A stretch of 64,000 bases of DNA from an uncultured Acidobacteriota bacterium (lineage in GTDB: Bacteria > Acidobacteriota > UBA6911 > RPQK01 > JAPXNP01): contig CAVZRV010000010.1 in the NCBI GenBank assembly GCA_963777605.1, positions 160,001-224,000 on the forward strand. The letters run 5' to 3'. This document shows, piece by piece, positions 48,957 to 59,047 of this stretch; within the stretch, counting starts at the first letter, position 1; every line of letters begins with the position of its first letter. The translations under genes and the position numbers were made by a program. Under the pieces are notes generated by a model. The model saw only the letters and a list, made by a program, of their open reading frames with translations. It searched no databases and had not been told where the DNA came from.

Positions 48957-50672
48957 TCAGTACCCGCTCGCCTTGCTGTCGCTCCTTGGATCGGGGGCGC
49001 CCAGCAAGACTCCGCTTTCGGGATCGATCATAATCGAATGAGCATCGCCAATCTGGTTCCGATACCGGAGGTGGTGGCCCATCGACTCCAGGCGCCGCAC
49101 GACATCCCGGGCAAAGGCATTCTTTTCGACGAACAGTTGGTCCGGCATCCACTGGTGATGAACTCGGGGCGCGTCAACGGCCTCCTGGATGTCCCGGTCG
49201 TGGTCGATCACGTTGAGGATGACCTGAAAGACCGTGTTGATGATGGTCGGTCCGCCCGGACTGCCGAGGACAAGAAAGGCCTTCCCGTCTTTCTTCACAA
49301 TGGTCGGCGTCATCGCACTCAAGGGCCGCTTCCTGGGCTCGATTGCATTCGCCTCGCTCTGGATCAGGCCGAACATGTTCGGCCCACCAGGTTCGACCAT
49401 GAAGTCGTCCATCTCGTTGTTCAGCAGGAATCCCGCCCCGGTCACGGTAACCCCGGAACCGTAGGATCCGTTCAGGGTCGTCGTGACGGCAACTGCATTC
49501 CCGTTGCGGTCGGCGATGGAATAGTGCGTCGTGTACTCGGACTCGGTCGCGGGGGCGTCGGCATCCGACATGAACTCACTCGGGGTCGCCCAGTCCCGAC
49601 GGATGGTAGCAGCCAGGTCGTCCGCATACCACTGTGAAAGTAGTCTCTCCGACGGGATCGACACGAAGTCGCTGTCTCCGAGGTAGCGGGCCCGGTCGGC
49701 AAACGCCCGCCTCATCACTTCGCACTTGAGGTGAAGTTCGTCACTCGACATCATGCCCAGGCTTCCCAGGGGAAACCGCTCCATCATGTTGAGCATCTCG
49801 ACGAGGATGATTCCACCTGAACTGGGCGATCCCATCGAGACAATCTCGTATCCACGGTACTGTCCCCGTACCGGCTCCCTCAGCTTGGCCACGTAACTGG
49901 CCAGGTCGTCGGCCGTGATCAATCCTCCACCGCGTTCCATTTCCGCCACGATCTGCCGGGCAATCTCGCCGCGATAGAAGGCTTCCGGCCCACGCTCCTG
50001 GATCAATCGCAGTGTGTGCGCCAGGTCCGGCTGCTTGAAGACCTCACCTTCGTGGTATGGGGTTCCCTCGCGGAGATAGATCCTCCGTGTCTCGGGCTGG
50101 GATTCAAGGAGTTTTCGAGATCCGAGAAGGGACTGTTCCAGGGCATAGCTAACGACCAGACCGTCTTCGGCGAGGAGGCGTGCCGGCTCCACGAGTCGAG
50201 CCCAAGGCAGTGACCCCCATTGTTTCCAGGCCAGGTGGAGCCCAGCAACCGTCCCCGGGACTCCCGACGCCTGGTGTCCACGGATTGAGGTGCCAGGAAT
50301 AAGTTTCCCTTCCGAATCCAGGTACATCTCTCGAAAGGCCGTCCCCGGCGCCATCTCACGGTAGTCAACCGTAAAATCTTCCCCCGATTCGCCCAGATGA
50401 AGGGTCATGAACCCGCCACCGCCTAGATTTCCGGCCGACGGATGACTCACCTCGAGCGCGAAACCGACCGCGATCGCCGCGTCAACGGCGTTACCTCCCG
50501 CTTCGAGGATCTCCCGTCCGATATCACTGGCGTATGGACTCGAAGAAACCACTATGCCGTGCTGGGCTCGAACGGGTGCCCGACTGGCCGCGAAGACAGT
50601 CCCCGTAAAATGCGAAAGTGTCAGGGTAAGGAAAACAAGGCAGGCGCGAAAACACTGGTGTCGATCGGTCAC
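48957..50672 (-). CDS. ggt: Gamma-glutamyltransferase
   Basis: GGNAVDAA, GGGGF, DYRE.AP, nucleophile TTHYS, LNNEMDDF, RPLS.M.P, GSPGG. Confidence 0.96.
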   Translation of the reverse strand: MTDRHQCFRACLVFLTLTLSHFTGTVFAASRAPVRAQHGIVVSSSPYASDIGREILEAGGNAVDAAIAVGFALEVSHPSAGNLGGGGFMTLHLGESGEDFTVDYREMAPGTAFREMYLDSEGKLIPGTSIRGHQASGVPGTVAGLHLAWKQWGSLPWARLVEPARLLAEDGLVVSYALEQSLLGSRKLLESQPETRRIYLREGTPYHEGEVFKQPDLAHTLRLIQERGPEAFYRGEIARQIVAEMERGGGLITADDLASYVAKLREPVRGQYRGYEIVSMGSPSSGGIILVEMLNMMERFPLGSLGMMSSDELHLKCEVMRRAFADRARYLGDSDFVSIPSERLLSQWYADDLAATIRRDWATPSEFMSDADAPATESEYTTHYSIADRNGNAVAVTTTLNGSYGSGVTVTGAGFLLNNEMDDFMVEPGGPNMFGLIQSEANAIEPRKRPLSAMTPTIVKKDGKAFLVLGSPGGPTIINTVFQVILNVIDHDRDIQEAVDAPRVHHQWMPDQLFVEKNAFARDVVRRLESMGHHLRYRNQIGDAHSIMIDPESGVLLGAPDPRSDSKASGY

Positions 50673-50866
50673 CCGATGATTCTAGCGATTCCAGAAGGAT
50701 TTGCTACCCGCGTCGGAAGCTTTTCCAGGGACGGAAACTCGGACCGTTGAGTCCATATCAGCATCGCGATGAGAACCGGGATTGAGAACTCGCCTCGCGG
50801 CGATAGCTTGAGGCCATCGCAGTCGGCAGGACCAGCTTCCCAAAGGTTTGATGAGCGGCAGTTGCG

Positions 50867-51679
50867 CTACTGGATGCTTAGGAGTTCGTTCAGAGATCCG
50901 GATCTAAACCCCTGTAAATCCAAGGTTACATAGCGATAGCCGAGAGCCTTGAGTTCCCGGTTGATTTCTGCGAACAGAGTCGCGTCTAGAATTCTCGGGA
51001 GCTCGGACGGGGCGATTTCGAGGCGGGCGAGTTCTTCGTGGTGGCGGACCCGAAATTCCTGGAATCCCTTGCTGCGCAGGAATGCCTCCGCTCTTTCCAC
51101 CTGGCTCAACTTTTCCGGGGTAACCGTGACACCGTACGGAAGTCGCGACGCCAGGCAGGGCATCGAGGGCATGTCCCAGGTCGGCAACTCCCAGTCTTTT
51201 GAGCGAGTCCGGATGTCCTGTTTCGTCATGCCGGCCTCGATCAGGGGACTGACGATCTCCCGCTCTTCGGCTGCCTGCCTGCCGGGTCGATAGTCTCCCA
51301 GGTCGTCGGCATTGCTCCCGTCAAAAACGACGTCGACGCCCCACTCCTGGCGTAGCCGCCGTAGTTCGTCGAACAACTCGGACTTGCAGAAGTAGCAGCG
51401 GTTCGAAGGATTGGATGCGTAGTTCGGATCGGCCATCTCGTCGGTTGTAATGAACTCGTGGTTCAAACCGTACCGGGCCACGAAGTTCTTCACCAGCGAG
51501 TGCTGCATCTCGGACACCGAGGGAGAAATTGCCGTTACCACACGGGCAGCAGGCCCGAGCACCCGGTGCGAGATGAAAGCGAGATAAGAACTGTCCACTC
51601 CGCCACTGAACGCAACCAGCGAACTGTTATATCCTTCGATAAAGTGGACAAGCTGGAACTCTTTCTCTTCCGGACTCAT
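50867..51679 (-). CDS. larE: LarE-family ATP-dependent sulfur transferase
   Basis: PP-loop SGGVDS, RCYFCK, DG.N.DD..DYRPG, PCLASR, RVRHH and GFRSGS.N motifs. Confidence 0.93.
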   Translation of the reverse strand: MSPEEKEFQLVHFIEGYNSSLVAFSGGVDSSYLAFISHRVLGPAARVVTAISPSVSEMQHSLVKNFVARYGLNHEFITTDEMADPNYASNPSNRCYFCKSELFDELRRLRQEWGVDVVFDGSNADDLGDYRPGRQAAEEREIVSPLIEAGMTKQDIRTRSKDWELPTWDMPSMPCLASRLPYGVTVTPEKLSQVERAEAFLRSKGFQEFRVRHHEELARLEIAPSELPRILDATLFAEINRELKALGYRYVTLDLQGFRSGSLNELLSIQ

Positions 51680-51829
51680 TAGATCGATTCTAGCACAGGG
51701 TATTCGGCAATCGACCGGGAGCGAGGCGGCTGACAGGCTGCTGCAAAGGTGAGGTCGGGACTTTCATCCCCTCCTCCGGTTACAATGGTCCGGGTCACCA
51801 GACCGAGGCCCGGAATGAGGTTTTACAGC

Positions 51830-52822
51830 ATGAAAAGACTTGCCTTTATCGCGGCGTTCCTGCTCACCATCGCTCCCTCCCATGCGCAGGAAAAGCAGAT
51901 CGAAGAAAAGAAGTCGAAACCTGCAGGCGAGGCGGCAATCCGGATGCAGGTTCAGCAGGTCCGGGTCGACGTCACGGTTCGAAACAAGGACGGGAACCTG
52001 ATCACCGGGCTTCAGAAAGAGAACTTTTCGGTATTCGAAGACAAGGTGCAGCAGGAAATCACCTATTTCGAGCCTGTAGAGGCTCCCATGACGGTCGTTC
52101 TCGTGACCGAGTACAGCAACGCCGTTCTCTCCTGGGAAGTCCTCTACGAAGCGATTATGGCCTCCTATACATTCGTGGATCAGATGCGACAGGGGGACTG
52201 GGTTGCCGTCATAGCTTACGACATCAAGCCCGAAATCCTGGTGGACTTCACCCAGGACCGGTCGGAAGTCTTGAATTCCCTCAGGAAATTGAACTTTCCG
52301 GCCTACCGGGAGAGCAACCTCTACGATACGGTCTACGACACCCTCGACCGGATCCAGGAGCTAGACCAGAAGACGGCGATTGTCCTCTTGACCAGTGGTA
52401 TCGACACGTTCAGCAAGAAGAATCTCGGGGAGATCCTCGACCGCGTAAAGGATTCCAATTCACCGATTTACGCGGTCAGCCTCGGCGGGAACCTCAGGGC
52501 CAGGGCTGAACAGTACCTGGGGCCTATCACGCGGCTCGACTACTATCAGGCCGATGCCACGCTGAAAGCGTTTGCGAAGTACACCGGAGGGGAGTCCTTC
52601 TTCCCCCGTTTCCTTGCTGAATTTCCCGGCATCTTTCAAACCATTGCCGCGATGCTGCGGACCCAATACTCCCTCGGGTACGTTTCGACCAACAGCAAGA
52701 AGGACGGGAAGTATCACAAGATCAAGGTTGAGGTAAACGCCGACGCCGACGGGAACGGAAAACCGGACAAGTTTAAGGTAAACCACCGCGAAGGCTATTA
52801 CGCCGAGAAGGCCGGAGACTGA
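51830..52822 (+). CDS. Secreted VWA-domain protein (Acidobacterial type) with degenerate MIDAS
   Basis: VDVTV.NKDG..I.GL; EYS in place of DxSxS; ESNLYD, SGIDTFSK; ends REGYY. Confidence 0.88.
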   Translation: MKRLAFIAAFLLTIAPSHAQEKQIEEKKSKPAGEAAIRMQVQQVRVDVTVRNKDGNLITGLQKENFSVFEDKVQQEITYFEPVEAPMTVVLVTEYSNAVLSWEVLYEAIMASYTFVDQMRQGDWVAVIAYDIKPEILVDFTQDRSEVLNSLRKLNFPAYRESNLYDTVYDTLDRIQELDQKTAIVLLTSGIDTFSKKNLGEILDRVKDSNSPIYAVSLGGNLRARAEQYLGPITRLDYYQADATLKAFAKYTGGESFFPRFLAEFPGIFQTIAAMLRTQYSLGYVSTNSKKDGKYHKIKVEVNADADGNGKPDKFKVNHREGYYAEKAGD

Positions 52823-52840
52823 AACGGGGATTCCGGGCGG

Positions 52841-53980
52841 CTATCGGCCCGGAGAAACGTGCACGTCTTCGGGAACCGCACCCACTTCGATCGGCAACTG
52901 CTCGATGATTTCGATTTCAAAGCCCTCGAGCCCGGATAGACGTTTCGGGTGGTTGGTCAGTAACCGCACTTTGTGAATCCCGAGATCGGCAATAATCTGG
53001 GCTCCCACGCCGTAATCCTTGAACGTCACGTGCTCGGACCTGGGCCGCCCTCCCTTGATGCTCTCGATCTCATTCATCACGAGGGCATCACGATCGGCCG
53101 AGCACAGGTAGACCACCGCCCCGCGTCCTTCCTGATTGATACGCTCCATGCTCATCCGGAGTTCGTTGCAGGGCTCCAGATGGAGCCCCCCGAATGCATC
53201 TGACAGCAGGGATTCAGCGTGTACTCTCAACAGCACCGGTTCATCGCCGCGACAGTCCCCCTTGATAAGGGCAAAGTGACGATGCTGGTCAAGGCCGCTT
53301 TCATAAACCACGAGGTCGAATTCCCCGGACTCGGTTTTCAGGGGAACACGTTCAAGCCGGCGGATAAACCGTTCGGTTCTAAGCCGGTACTTGATCAGGT
53401 CGACCACGGAAATGATCCGAAGATCGTGCTCGGCAGCGAACTGGTTCAGGTCCTTCATGCGGGCCATCGTGCCGTCCTGATTCATGATTTCACAGATCAC
53501 TCCGGCCGGGGCCATCCCTGCCATCCGCGCAAGATCGACCGCAGCCTCTGTCTGGCCGGCACGCTCCAGGACGCCTCCGTCCCGAGCCCGAAGGGGAAAG
53601 ACGTGCCCGGGCCGGATCAAGTCCTCCGGCTTGGTGGAAGGGTGAATCGCCGTCAGGATGGTCATGGCGCGGTCTGCTGCCGAAATTCCGGTGGAAACGT
53701 TCTTCCGGGCCTCAATGCTGACGCAGAACGCGGTGCCGTGAACCGACTCGTTGGTCACCACCATGGAAGGAATCCGCAACTCGTCCAGGCGGGCCGCGGT
53801 CATCGGCAGGCAGATCAGTCCCCGTCCGTGCGTCGCCATGAAGTTGATTGCTTCGGGGGTGACTTTCTCAGCGGCCAGCGTCAGGTCGCCCTCGTTCTCG
53901 CGATCTTCCTCGTCGACGACAACGACCATCTTGCCGGCACGAATATCTTCAATGGCGGCCTCAACCGTAGAAAAATCCAT
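52841..53980 (-). CDS. ribB: 3,4-dihydroxy-2-butanone-4-phosphate synthase fused to a degenerate GTP cyclohydrolase II domain (RibBX-like)
   Basis: [29 protein letters not shown] and CEIMN motifs; C-terminal domain RVHAES...[13 protein letters not shown] lacks the Zn cysteine pattern. Confidence 0.92.
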   Translation of the reverse strand: MDFSTVEAAIEDIRAGKMVVVVDEEDRENEGDLTLAAEKVTPEAINFMATHGRGLICLPMTAARLDELRIPSMVVTNESVHGTAFCVSIEARKNVSTGISAADRAMTILTAIHPSTKPEDLIRPGHVFPLRARDGGVLERAGQTEAAVDLARMAGMAPAGVICEIMNQDGTMARMKDLNQFAAEHDLRIISVVDLIKYRLRTERFIRRLERVPLKTESGEFDLVVYESGLDQHRHFALIKGDCRGDEPVLLRVHAESLLSDAFGGLHLEPCNELRMSMERINQEGRGAVVYLCSADRDALVMNEIESIKGGRPRSEHVTFKDYGVGAQIIADLGIHKVRLLTNHPKRLSGLEGFEIEIIEQLPIEVGAVPEDVHVSPGR

Positions 53981-54038
53981 GGAGTGTCCGTCTCCTGTAG
54001 GTGAAAAACCGGGATTATACCCGAATGCGGCCCTCAGT

Positions 54039-54662
54039 TCACTTAATCGGGGGCAACTGCTTGATCCAGCGGAGGTTGTTCCTCTGTCCGGTTGCAACCC
54101 GGAGGAGTTCTTCGTGGTAGTACGGGGTCTCAAAGCGAATGAGCAGCGGGTTCTCCGCATCGTCCAGCACCGTCCACACTCCTTTGCGGCTGTCTTTGAT
54201 CGTGACCACCGGAACCTGCATTTCTTCCTTGTTGACCACGACGGAAGCAGTGCCCTTGCCTTCCAGCTTGAGTTTTGCGGCGATGTTGTTCAACTTCACC
54301 TTGACCTGCTGCCCGTCGGCAAGCGCTTCGAAGAGCTCCCGCGGCAGCCATTTGGTCATGATGTCATCCGATTCGTGATCAATTCCGGGCTCGAACAGAC
54401 CCGCCACGGTCAGATTGGGAGCTCCTGAAACCGCTTTGGAGTGAAGGTGGACAGTTCCCTGGTGACTGACCGATTCCCACTCCAGTACGATATCCGGCCG
54501 GAACCGGCCAAGACGAATGATGAACTGGCTCGGCTCGTCACCCGAGACATTCTCGTAGACCAGCACCGTTCCTTCCCCGAATTCGAGGGGAGAGGCCAGC
54601 GCAACTGGGAGGCTATGAAGCCCCAGCCACATCCATAAAGCGCTGCACATGAGTTTCCACAT
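54039..54662 (-). CDS. Exported hypothetical protein within the rib gene run
   Basis: 207-aa ORF with signal-like N-terminus and beta-rich body; fills the gap between ribE and ribB. Confidence 0.7.
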   Translation of the reverse strand: MWKLMCSALWMWLGLHSLPVALASPLEFGEGTVLVYENVSGDEPSQFIIRLGRFRPDIVLEWESVSHQGTVHLHSKAVSGAPNLTVAGLFEPGIDHESDDIMTKWLPRELFEALADGQQVKVKLNNIAAKLKLEGKGTASVVVNKEEMQVPVVTIKDSRKGVWTVLDDAENPLLIRFETPYYHEELLRVATGQRNNLRWIKQLPPIK

Positions 54663-55224
54663 ACTTGCTCACCAAGTCGGCTTCGAGATTCACCCGGCTT
54701 CCCACCTGAAGGTCGGATAAATTCGTGACTTCCCACGTGTGCGGAATGATGGCAACTTCGAAGAAGCCATCACCCAGGCCTGAAATCGTCAAGCTGATCC
54801 CGTTGACCGTCACACTTCCCTTGATCACACAATATCGGCGTACCGAGACGGGAACTGAAAATCGAAATATCCAGGAATTCCCTTCCTCAATTATAGACAG
54901 AACGGTCCCGGTGCCATCGACGTGCCCCTGGACGAGGTGACCACCCAGGAAGTCGGTCAGCCGAAGGGCCGGCTCAAGGTTGAGCGCGTCTCCAGCCTGC
55001 TTGTCGCCGAGATTGGACCGACGCAGCGTTTCCGGCGTGGCGTCAACCTCCACCCAGTCGTCGCCTTTATCGACGACGGTCAAACAGACTCCGTCCACAC
55101 TGATGCTCGCCCCCTCAACCAGGTCGCGAACCAGGGCTCCGACCGAGAATCGGATCGTGGAGCCTTCCTGCGCCTGCCTGACTTCGCGGATCTCACCTTT
55201 TTCCTGAACAATGCCGGTGAACAT
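54613..55224 (-). CDS. ribE: Riboflavin synthase alpha chain
   Basis: MFTGIV N-terminus; DGVCLTV, NLE, GGHLVQGHVD, KGS..VNGISLT, IPHT; AGGAG RBS. Confidence 0.97.
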   Translation of the reverse strand: MFTGIVQEKGEIREVRQAQEGSTIRFSVGALVRDLVEGASISVDGVCLTVVDKGDDWVEVDATPETLRRSNLGDKQAGDALNLEPALRLTDFLGGHLVQGHVDGTGTVLSIIEEGNSWIFRFSVPVSVRRYCVIKGSVTVNGISLTISGLGDGFFEVAIIPHTWEVTNLSDLQVGSRVNLEADLVSKYVETHVQRFMDVAGAS

Positions 55225-55232
55225 GACGCTCC

Positions 55233-55964
55233 TTACCTTCGTTTTGCCCGGGCTGCGCCGGCGGCACGTTTGAGGCGTTGCAGTTCCCGCTCGGTCAGGT
55301 GCCGCCATTGTCCGGGCAACAGCGATCCCAGTTCAATCGGCCCGATCGACATCCGGCGCAGTTTCAAGACGTAGCAGCCGACGTTTTCGAACATCCGCCG
55401 GATCTGCCGGTTTCGTCCCTGTTTCAAGACAACCTGATACCACACATTGTTACCCGGCTTGAAAAGATGAATTTCGCAGGGAGCAAAAACCTCGCCACTC
55501 TCAAGGCGGAGGCCTTTTCTCATTCGCTCCAACTGCGGTTCTCCGGCTTTCCCGGAGATCTTCACGCGGTACATCTTGCGGATGACGCCCGCGACCGTGA
55601 CCTTGCGGACCAAAGCGCCGTCATTGGTCAAGAGCACCAGCCCTTCGCTCTCGAAATCGAGCCTTCCCGCCGGATAGAGTCGAAACCGACTCTTTACATA
55701 GTCGGTCACGACGGGACGGCCCTCGGGATCGGACACCGCACTGATAACCCCCCGCGGCTTGTTGAGGATCAGGTACTCGAGGGGTTCCGGCTGAAGCAGG
55801 CGCCCCTTGACCCTGATGTGATCGTGGCCTGAGTCGGCCTTGGCGCCGAGTTCGGTGATCACGTTGCCATTGACGGTTACCTGACCGGCAACAATTAACG
55901 CCTCGGCTTTTCGCCTCGACGTGATGCCGGCCCGGGCTATGATTTTCTGAAGACGCTCCTGCAT
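55233..55964 (-). CDS. rluB: rRNA pseudouridine synthase (RsuA/RluB family) with S4 domain
   Basis: ERLQK..A.AG..SRR.AE, NKP.G, GRLD..SEGL.LLTNDG and GRNRQIRRM motifs. Confidence 0.9.
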   Translation of the reverse strand: MQERLQKIIARAGITSRRKAEALIVAGQVTVNGNVITELGAKADSGHDHIRVKGRLLQPEPLEYLILNKPRGVISAVSDPEGRPVVTDYVKSRFRLYPAGRLDFESEGLVLLTNDGALVRKVTVAGVIRKMYRVKISGKAGEPQLERMRKGLRLESGEVFAPCEIHLFKPGNNVWYQVVLKQGRNRQIRRMFENVGCYVLKLRRMSIGPIELGSLLPGQWRHLTERELQRLKRAAGAARAKRR

Positions 55965-56032
55965 ATGATCAGGGATCATTGTAGCATCCGGCCCCTCAGC
56001 CGGACGCCTTGCCCTTTCGGGCGTTCTGTCCG

Positions 56033-56605
56033 CTAATCGGCTGCTTCTTCCGAGGCGGGGGCAAGCGTAGAATCGGCGTTGACCAGTTCCTCGAATTCCT
56101 CGAGGGAGGGCAACTCGGACAGTTCACTCAGCCCGAAATGGATCAAGAATTCGCGCGTGCTTCCGTACATGATCGGACGGCCGACGACCTTCTTCCGTCC
56201 ACGAATCTCGATCAGTTTCTTTTCGAGCAGTGTCTTGATCGTCGAGGACCCTTTGACACCGCGGATCTCCAGGATCTCGGGCAATGTGATCGGCTGCTTG
56301 TACGCGATCACCGCCAGCGTCTCCAGTGCCGCCGGGGAAAGTCTCGCCGAGGGCCTCGTCTTTAGATACTCCCGAATCACCTCGTGCCGCTCCGCCCGCG
56401 TGGTGACCTGGTAACCGCTGGCGACTTTCCGGATCTCCAGGGCGTCCTGCAGGGTGTTGAATTGGCTCGTCAGGACCTGAAGCTGCTGCTCGATCTTCGC
56501 CACGTCCTGTTCTGGAAAAACGGCCGTCAACTGCCCCGCGGTCACCGGATCCGATGCCGCAAACAGAATCGCCAGCAGGTCGTTGGCGAAGGTGTCCTTC
56601 AACAT
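56033..56605 (-). CDS. scpB: SMC-ScpAB complex subunit ScpB
   Basis: LS.AALETLA.IAYKQP.T..EI..IRGV, GRP..YG.T..FL..FGL..L.ELP. Confidence 0.95.
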   Translation of the reverse strand: MLKDTFANDLLAILFAASDPVTAGQLTAVFPEQDVAKIEQQLQVLTSQFNTLQDALEIRKVASGYQVTTRAERHEVIREYLKTRPSARLSPAALETLAVIAYKQPITLPEILEIRGVKGSSTIKTLLEKKLIEIRGRKKVVGRPIMYGSTREFLIHFGLSELSELPSLEEFEELVNADSTLAPASEEAAD

Positions 56606-57321
56606 GCGACGATCCTGATGTCCTCGAAGGCCTCGTCCTGGAACAACCGGACCTCGTGCAAGCGAGCCATTTCCAGGAGGGCGAAAAAGGTAAACACGAG
56701 TTGCAGCTTGGAGATTCGCTCCCGGAGAAAGAAGGAGAAGAGCAATTCTCGACGGACCGAGAACAGGTTCCGGAGTTCCACGAGCTTCTGGTCCAGCGAC
56801 ACCGTTTCGTGCTCGACATGAATGACGATCTGGTCGCGGTAACGCTCGACAATGCGATGAAAGGCGTGGACGAGATCGAACACGGTCACGGCAACTGCTT
56901 CCTGCTCCTCCGTTTCGAACTCCACCAGGCCCCGACCCCAGATCGAGTCCGCAATCACCTGACGGTCATGCAGGAGCCCGGCCGCCTTCTTGAAGCGCTC
57001 GTGCTCGAGAAGGCGATCGACCAGCTCCTGACGCGGATCTTCCGGATCACCATCTTCCGGATCGGTTGGGTCGGGAGGGAGGAGCGTGCGCGACTTGATG
57101 TAGATCAGGGTAGCCGCCATCAGAACGAACTCGCCGGCCACCGAGATGTCCAGGTCCTTCATGATCTCGAGATACTGGAGGTACTGGTCCGTGATCCGGG
57201 CGATCGGAATGTCGTAAATGTCGATTTCCTGAGTCCGGATCAGGTGCAGCAGGAGGTCCAGCGGCCCCTCGAAGATTTCGAGATTGACCTGGTAATCGGG
57301 AGATCTGACGGCGGTAGCCAT
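56599..57321 (-). CDS. scpA: SMC-ScpAB complex kleisin ScpA
   Basis: FEGPLDLLLHLI, IDIYDIPI, MAATL..IKS, DPR.ELV, F.ALLE motifs. Confidence 0.95.
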   Translation of the reverse strand: MATAVRSPDYQVNLEIFEGPLDLLLHLIRTQEIDIYDIPIARITDQYLQYLEIMKDLDISVAGEFVLMAATLIYIKSRTLLPPDPTDPEDGDPEDPRQELVDRLLEHERFKKAAGLLHDRQVIADSIWGRGLVEFETEEQEAVAVTVFDLVHAFHRIVERYRDQIVIHVEHETVSLDQKLVELRNLFSVRRELLFSFFLRERISKLQLVFTFFALLEMARLHEVRLFQDEAFEDIRIVAC

Positions 57322-57324
57322 AAG

Positions 57325-58311
57325 CTAATATTTTAGCCGCATCGCCTGACGTACCTCATCCATGGTCTGCGCTGCGATCCCACGGGCTTTCTGGCTCCCG
57401 TCCCGCAGGATGTCGATCACGCCGCCCTTGTCGGCCACCAACTTCGAGCGCTTTTCATAGATGGGTTCCATCACCGGGAGGAGGTTCTCGAGAAGCCTCT
57501 TCTTGCAGTCCACGCAGCCGATTCCGGCAGTCGTACACCCTTCCCGCACCCAGGCACACCCTTCTTCGTCGGTAAACACCTTGTGAAGATCGTAAACCCG
57601 ACACTTGGAGGGATCACCCGGGTCGCTGCGCCGAATCCGGGCAGGGTCCGTGACCATTGGAAGGATCTTCTTCCGGATCGAGGCGGGGTCTTCCCCCAAT
57701 TGAATCTCGTTGCCGTAGGACTTGCTCATCTTGCGACCGTCTACCCCCGGAAGCCGGGGCGACATCGTCAATCTCGGCTGAGGTTCAGGGAACACGGGAC
57801 CATACAGGTAGTTGAATCGTCGGGCAACCTCCCGGCACAGCTCAATGTGGGAAACCTGGTCCTCACCCACCGGAACGACCTCACCCTTGTAGACGAGAAT
57901 GTCGGCCGACTGCAGCACCGGATAGCCGAGAAAGCCGTAGGTAGAAAGATCCTTTTCCTTGAGCTGAATGATCTGCTCCTTGTAGGTGGGCACCCGCTCC
58001 AGCCAGGGTATGGGCACGAACATGGAGAAAAGAAGGTGGAGTTCCGCGTGCTCGGGAACCAGCGACTGGATCATCAGCGTGCTCTTCTCCGGGTCCAACC
58101 CGGCGGCAAGCCAGTCAAGCGCGATCTCGGTGACACTTTCGTTGATTCCACGCACGTCCTGGTACTCGGAAGTCAACGCGTGCCAGTCCACGATTCCGAA
58201 GATGCAGTCGAACTCCTCCTGCATCGGAACCCAGTTCGCCAAAGCTCCTACAAGATGGCCAAGATGCAGCCGCCCGGTTGGGCGCATTCCGCTAAATACC
58301 CGTTTCTTCAT
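57325..58311 (-). CDS. trpS: Tryptophan--tRNA ligase
   Basis: SGMRPTG.LHLGH, D.HALT, YPVLQ.ADIL, PVGEDQ and KMSKS motifs. Confidence 0.97.
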   Translation of the reverse strand: MKKRVFSGMRPTGRLHLGHLVGALANWVPMQEEFDCIFGIVDWHALTSEYQDVRGINESVTEIALDWLAAGLDPEKSTLMIQSLVPEHAELHLLFSMFVPIPWLERVPTYKEQIIQLKEKDLSTYGFLGYPVLQSADILVYKGEVVPVGEDQVSHIELCREVARRFNYLYGPVFPEPQPRLTMSPRLPGVDGRKMSKSYGNEIQLGEDPASIRKKILPMVTDPARIRRSDPGDPSKCRVYDLHKVFTDEEGCAWVREGCTTAGIGCVDCKKRLLENLLPVMEPIYEKRSKLVADKGGVIDILRDGSQKARGIAAQTMDEVRQAMRLKY

Positions 58312-58322
58312 CGTCACTTACT

Positions 58323-58979
58323 TCAGTATGAAAGATTACTCACCACGCTCAGGACCGGCCCCAGGATCACCCGGAAGGCGCCAGTGTACAGAAGGACAAC
58401 CAGGAGAACAAAACCGTAAGGCCGAATCGCCTGAAAAATTCCGGTGAGAGGCCTCGGAAGGAGTCCTTCCAGAATCCAGCTGCCGTCCAGCGGAGGAATC
58501 GGGAGAAGGTTGAAAACGGCGAGGATGACGTTGAGGTAGACACCGACCTCAAAGAACCCGAGCAGGGTCCGGGTCGGCGTCCCGAGCGGACCGCCTGCGG
58601 CGAATAACAGACAAAGCCGGAGCCCGACCAGGAACACAGCCGCCGCCATAAGATTGCTGACCGGCCCGGCCGCAGAGATCAGGATATGAGCCCTTCTCGC
58701 GTCCCTGAGGTTAGCCAGGTTGACCGGAACCGGCTTGGCCCAGCCGAACATGATTCCCCCGGCCAGCATGCCAATCAACGGAAAGAGGATCGTTCCGATC
58801 GGATCGATGTGTGGAAGGGGGTTCAGCGATACGCGGCCCATCAACCTCCCAGTCGGATCACCCAACCGATCCGCCATCCAGGCATGGGCCGATTCATGAA
58901 GGCTCAATGAGAAGAGCAGAACGGCCACACTTGCGACGATTTCCGGTATATCGATCCCTCCCATTACGTTGGGGATCAT
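58323..58979 (-). CDS. Site-2 protease (M50 family); start may be ATG 58964
   Basis: HESAH (HExxH), GDPT, NPL.HID, AGP.SN and NLLPIPPLDG motifs. Confidence 0.94.
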   Translation of the reverse strand: MIPNVMGGIDIPEIVASVAVLLFSLSLHESAHAWMADRLGDPTGRLMGRVSLNPLPHIDPIGTILFPLIGMLAGGIMFGWAKPVPVNLANLRDARRAHILISAAGPVSNLMAAAVFLVGLRLCLLFAAGGPLGTPTRTLLGFFEVGVYLNVILAVFNLLPIPPLDGSWILEGLLPRPLTGIFQAIRPYGFVLLVVLLYTGAFRVILGPVLSVVSNLSY

Positions 58980-59047
58980 AGCACAGGCCAGAAATCGGGC
59001 CGCCGGTGCATCGCCTAACTTGCGTTCCTATATAATAGGTCGGAATC

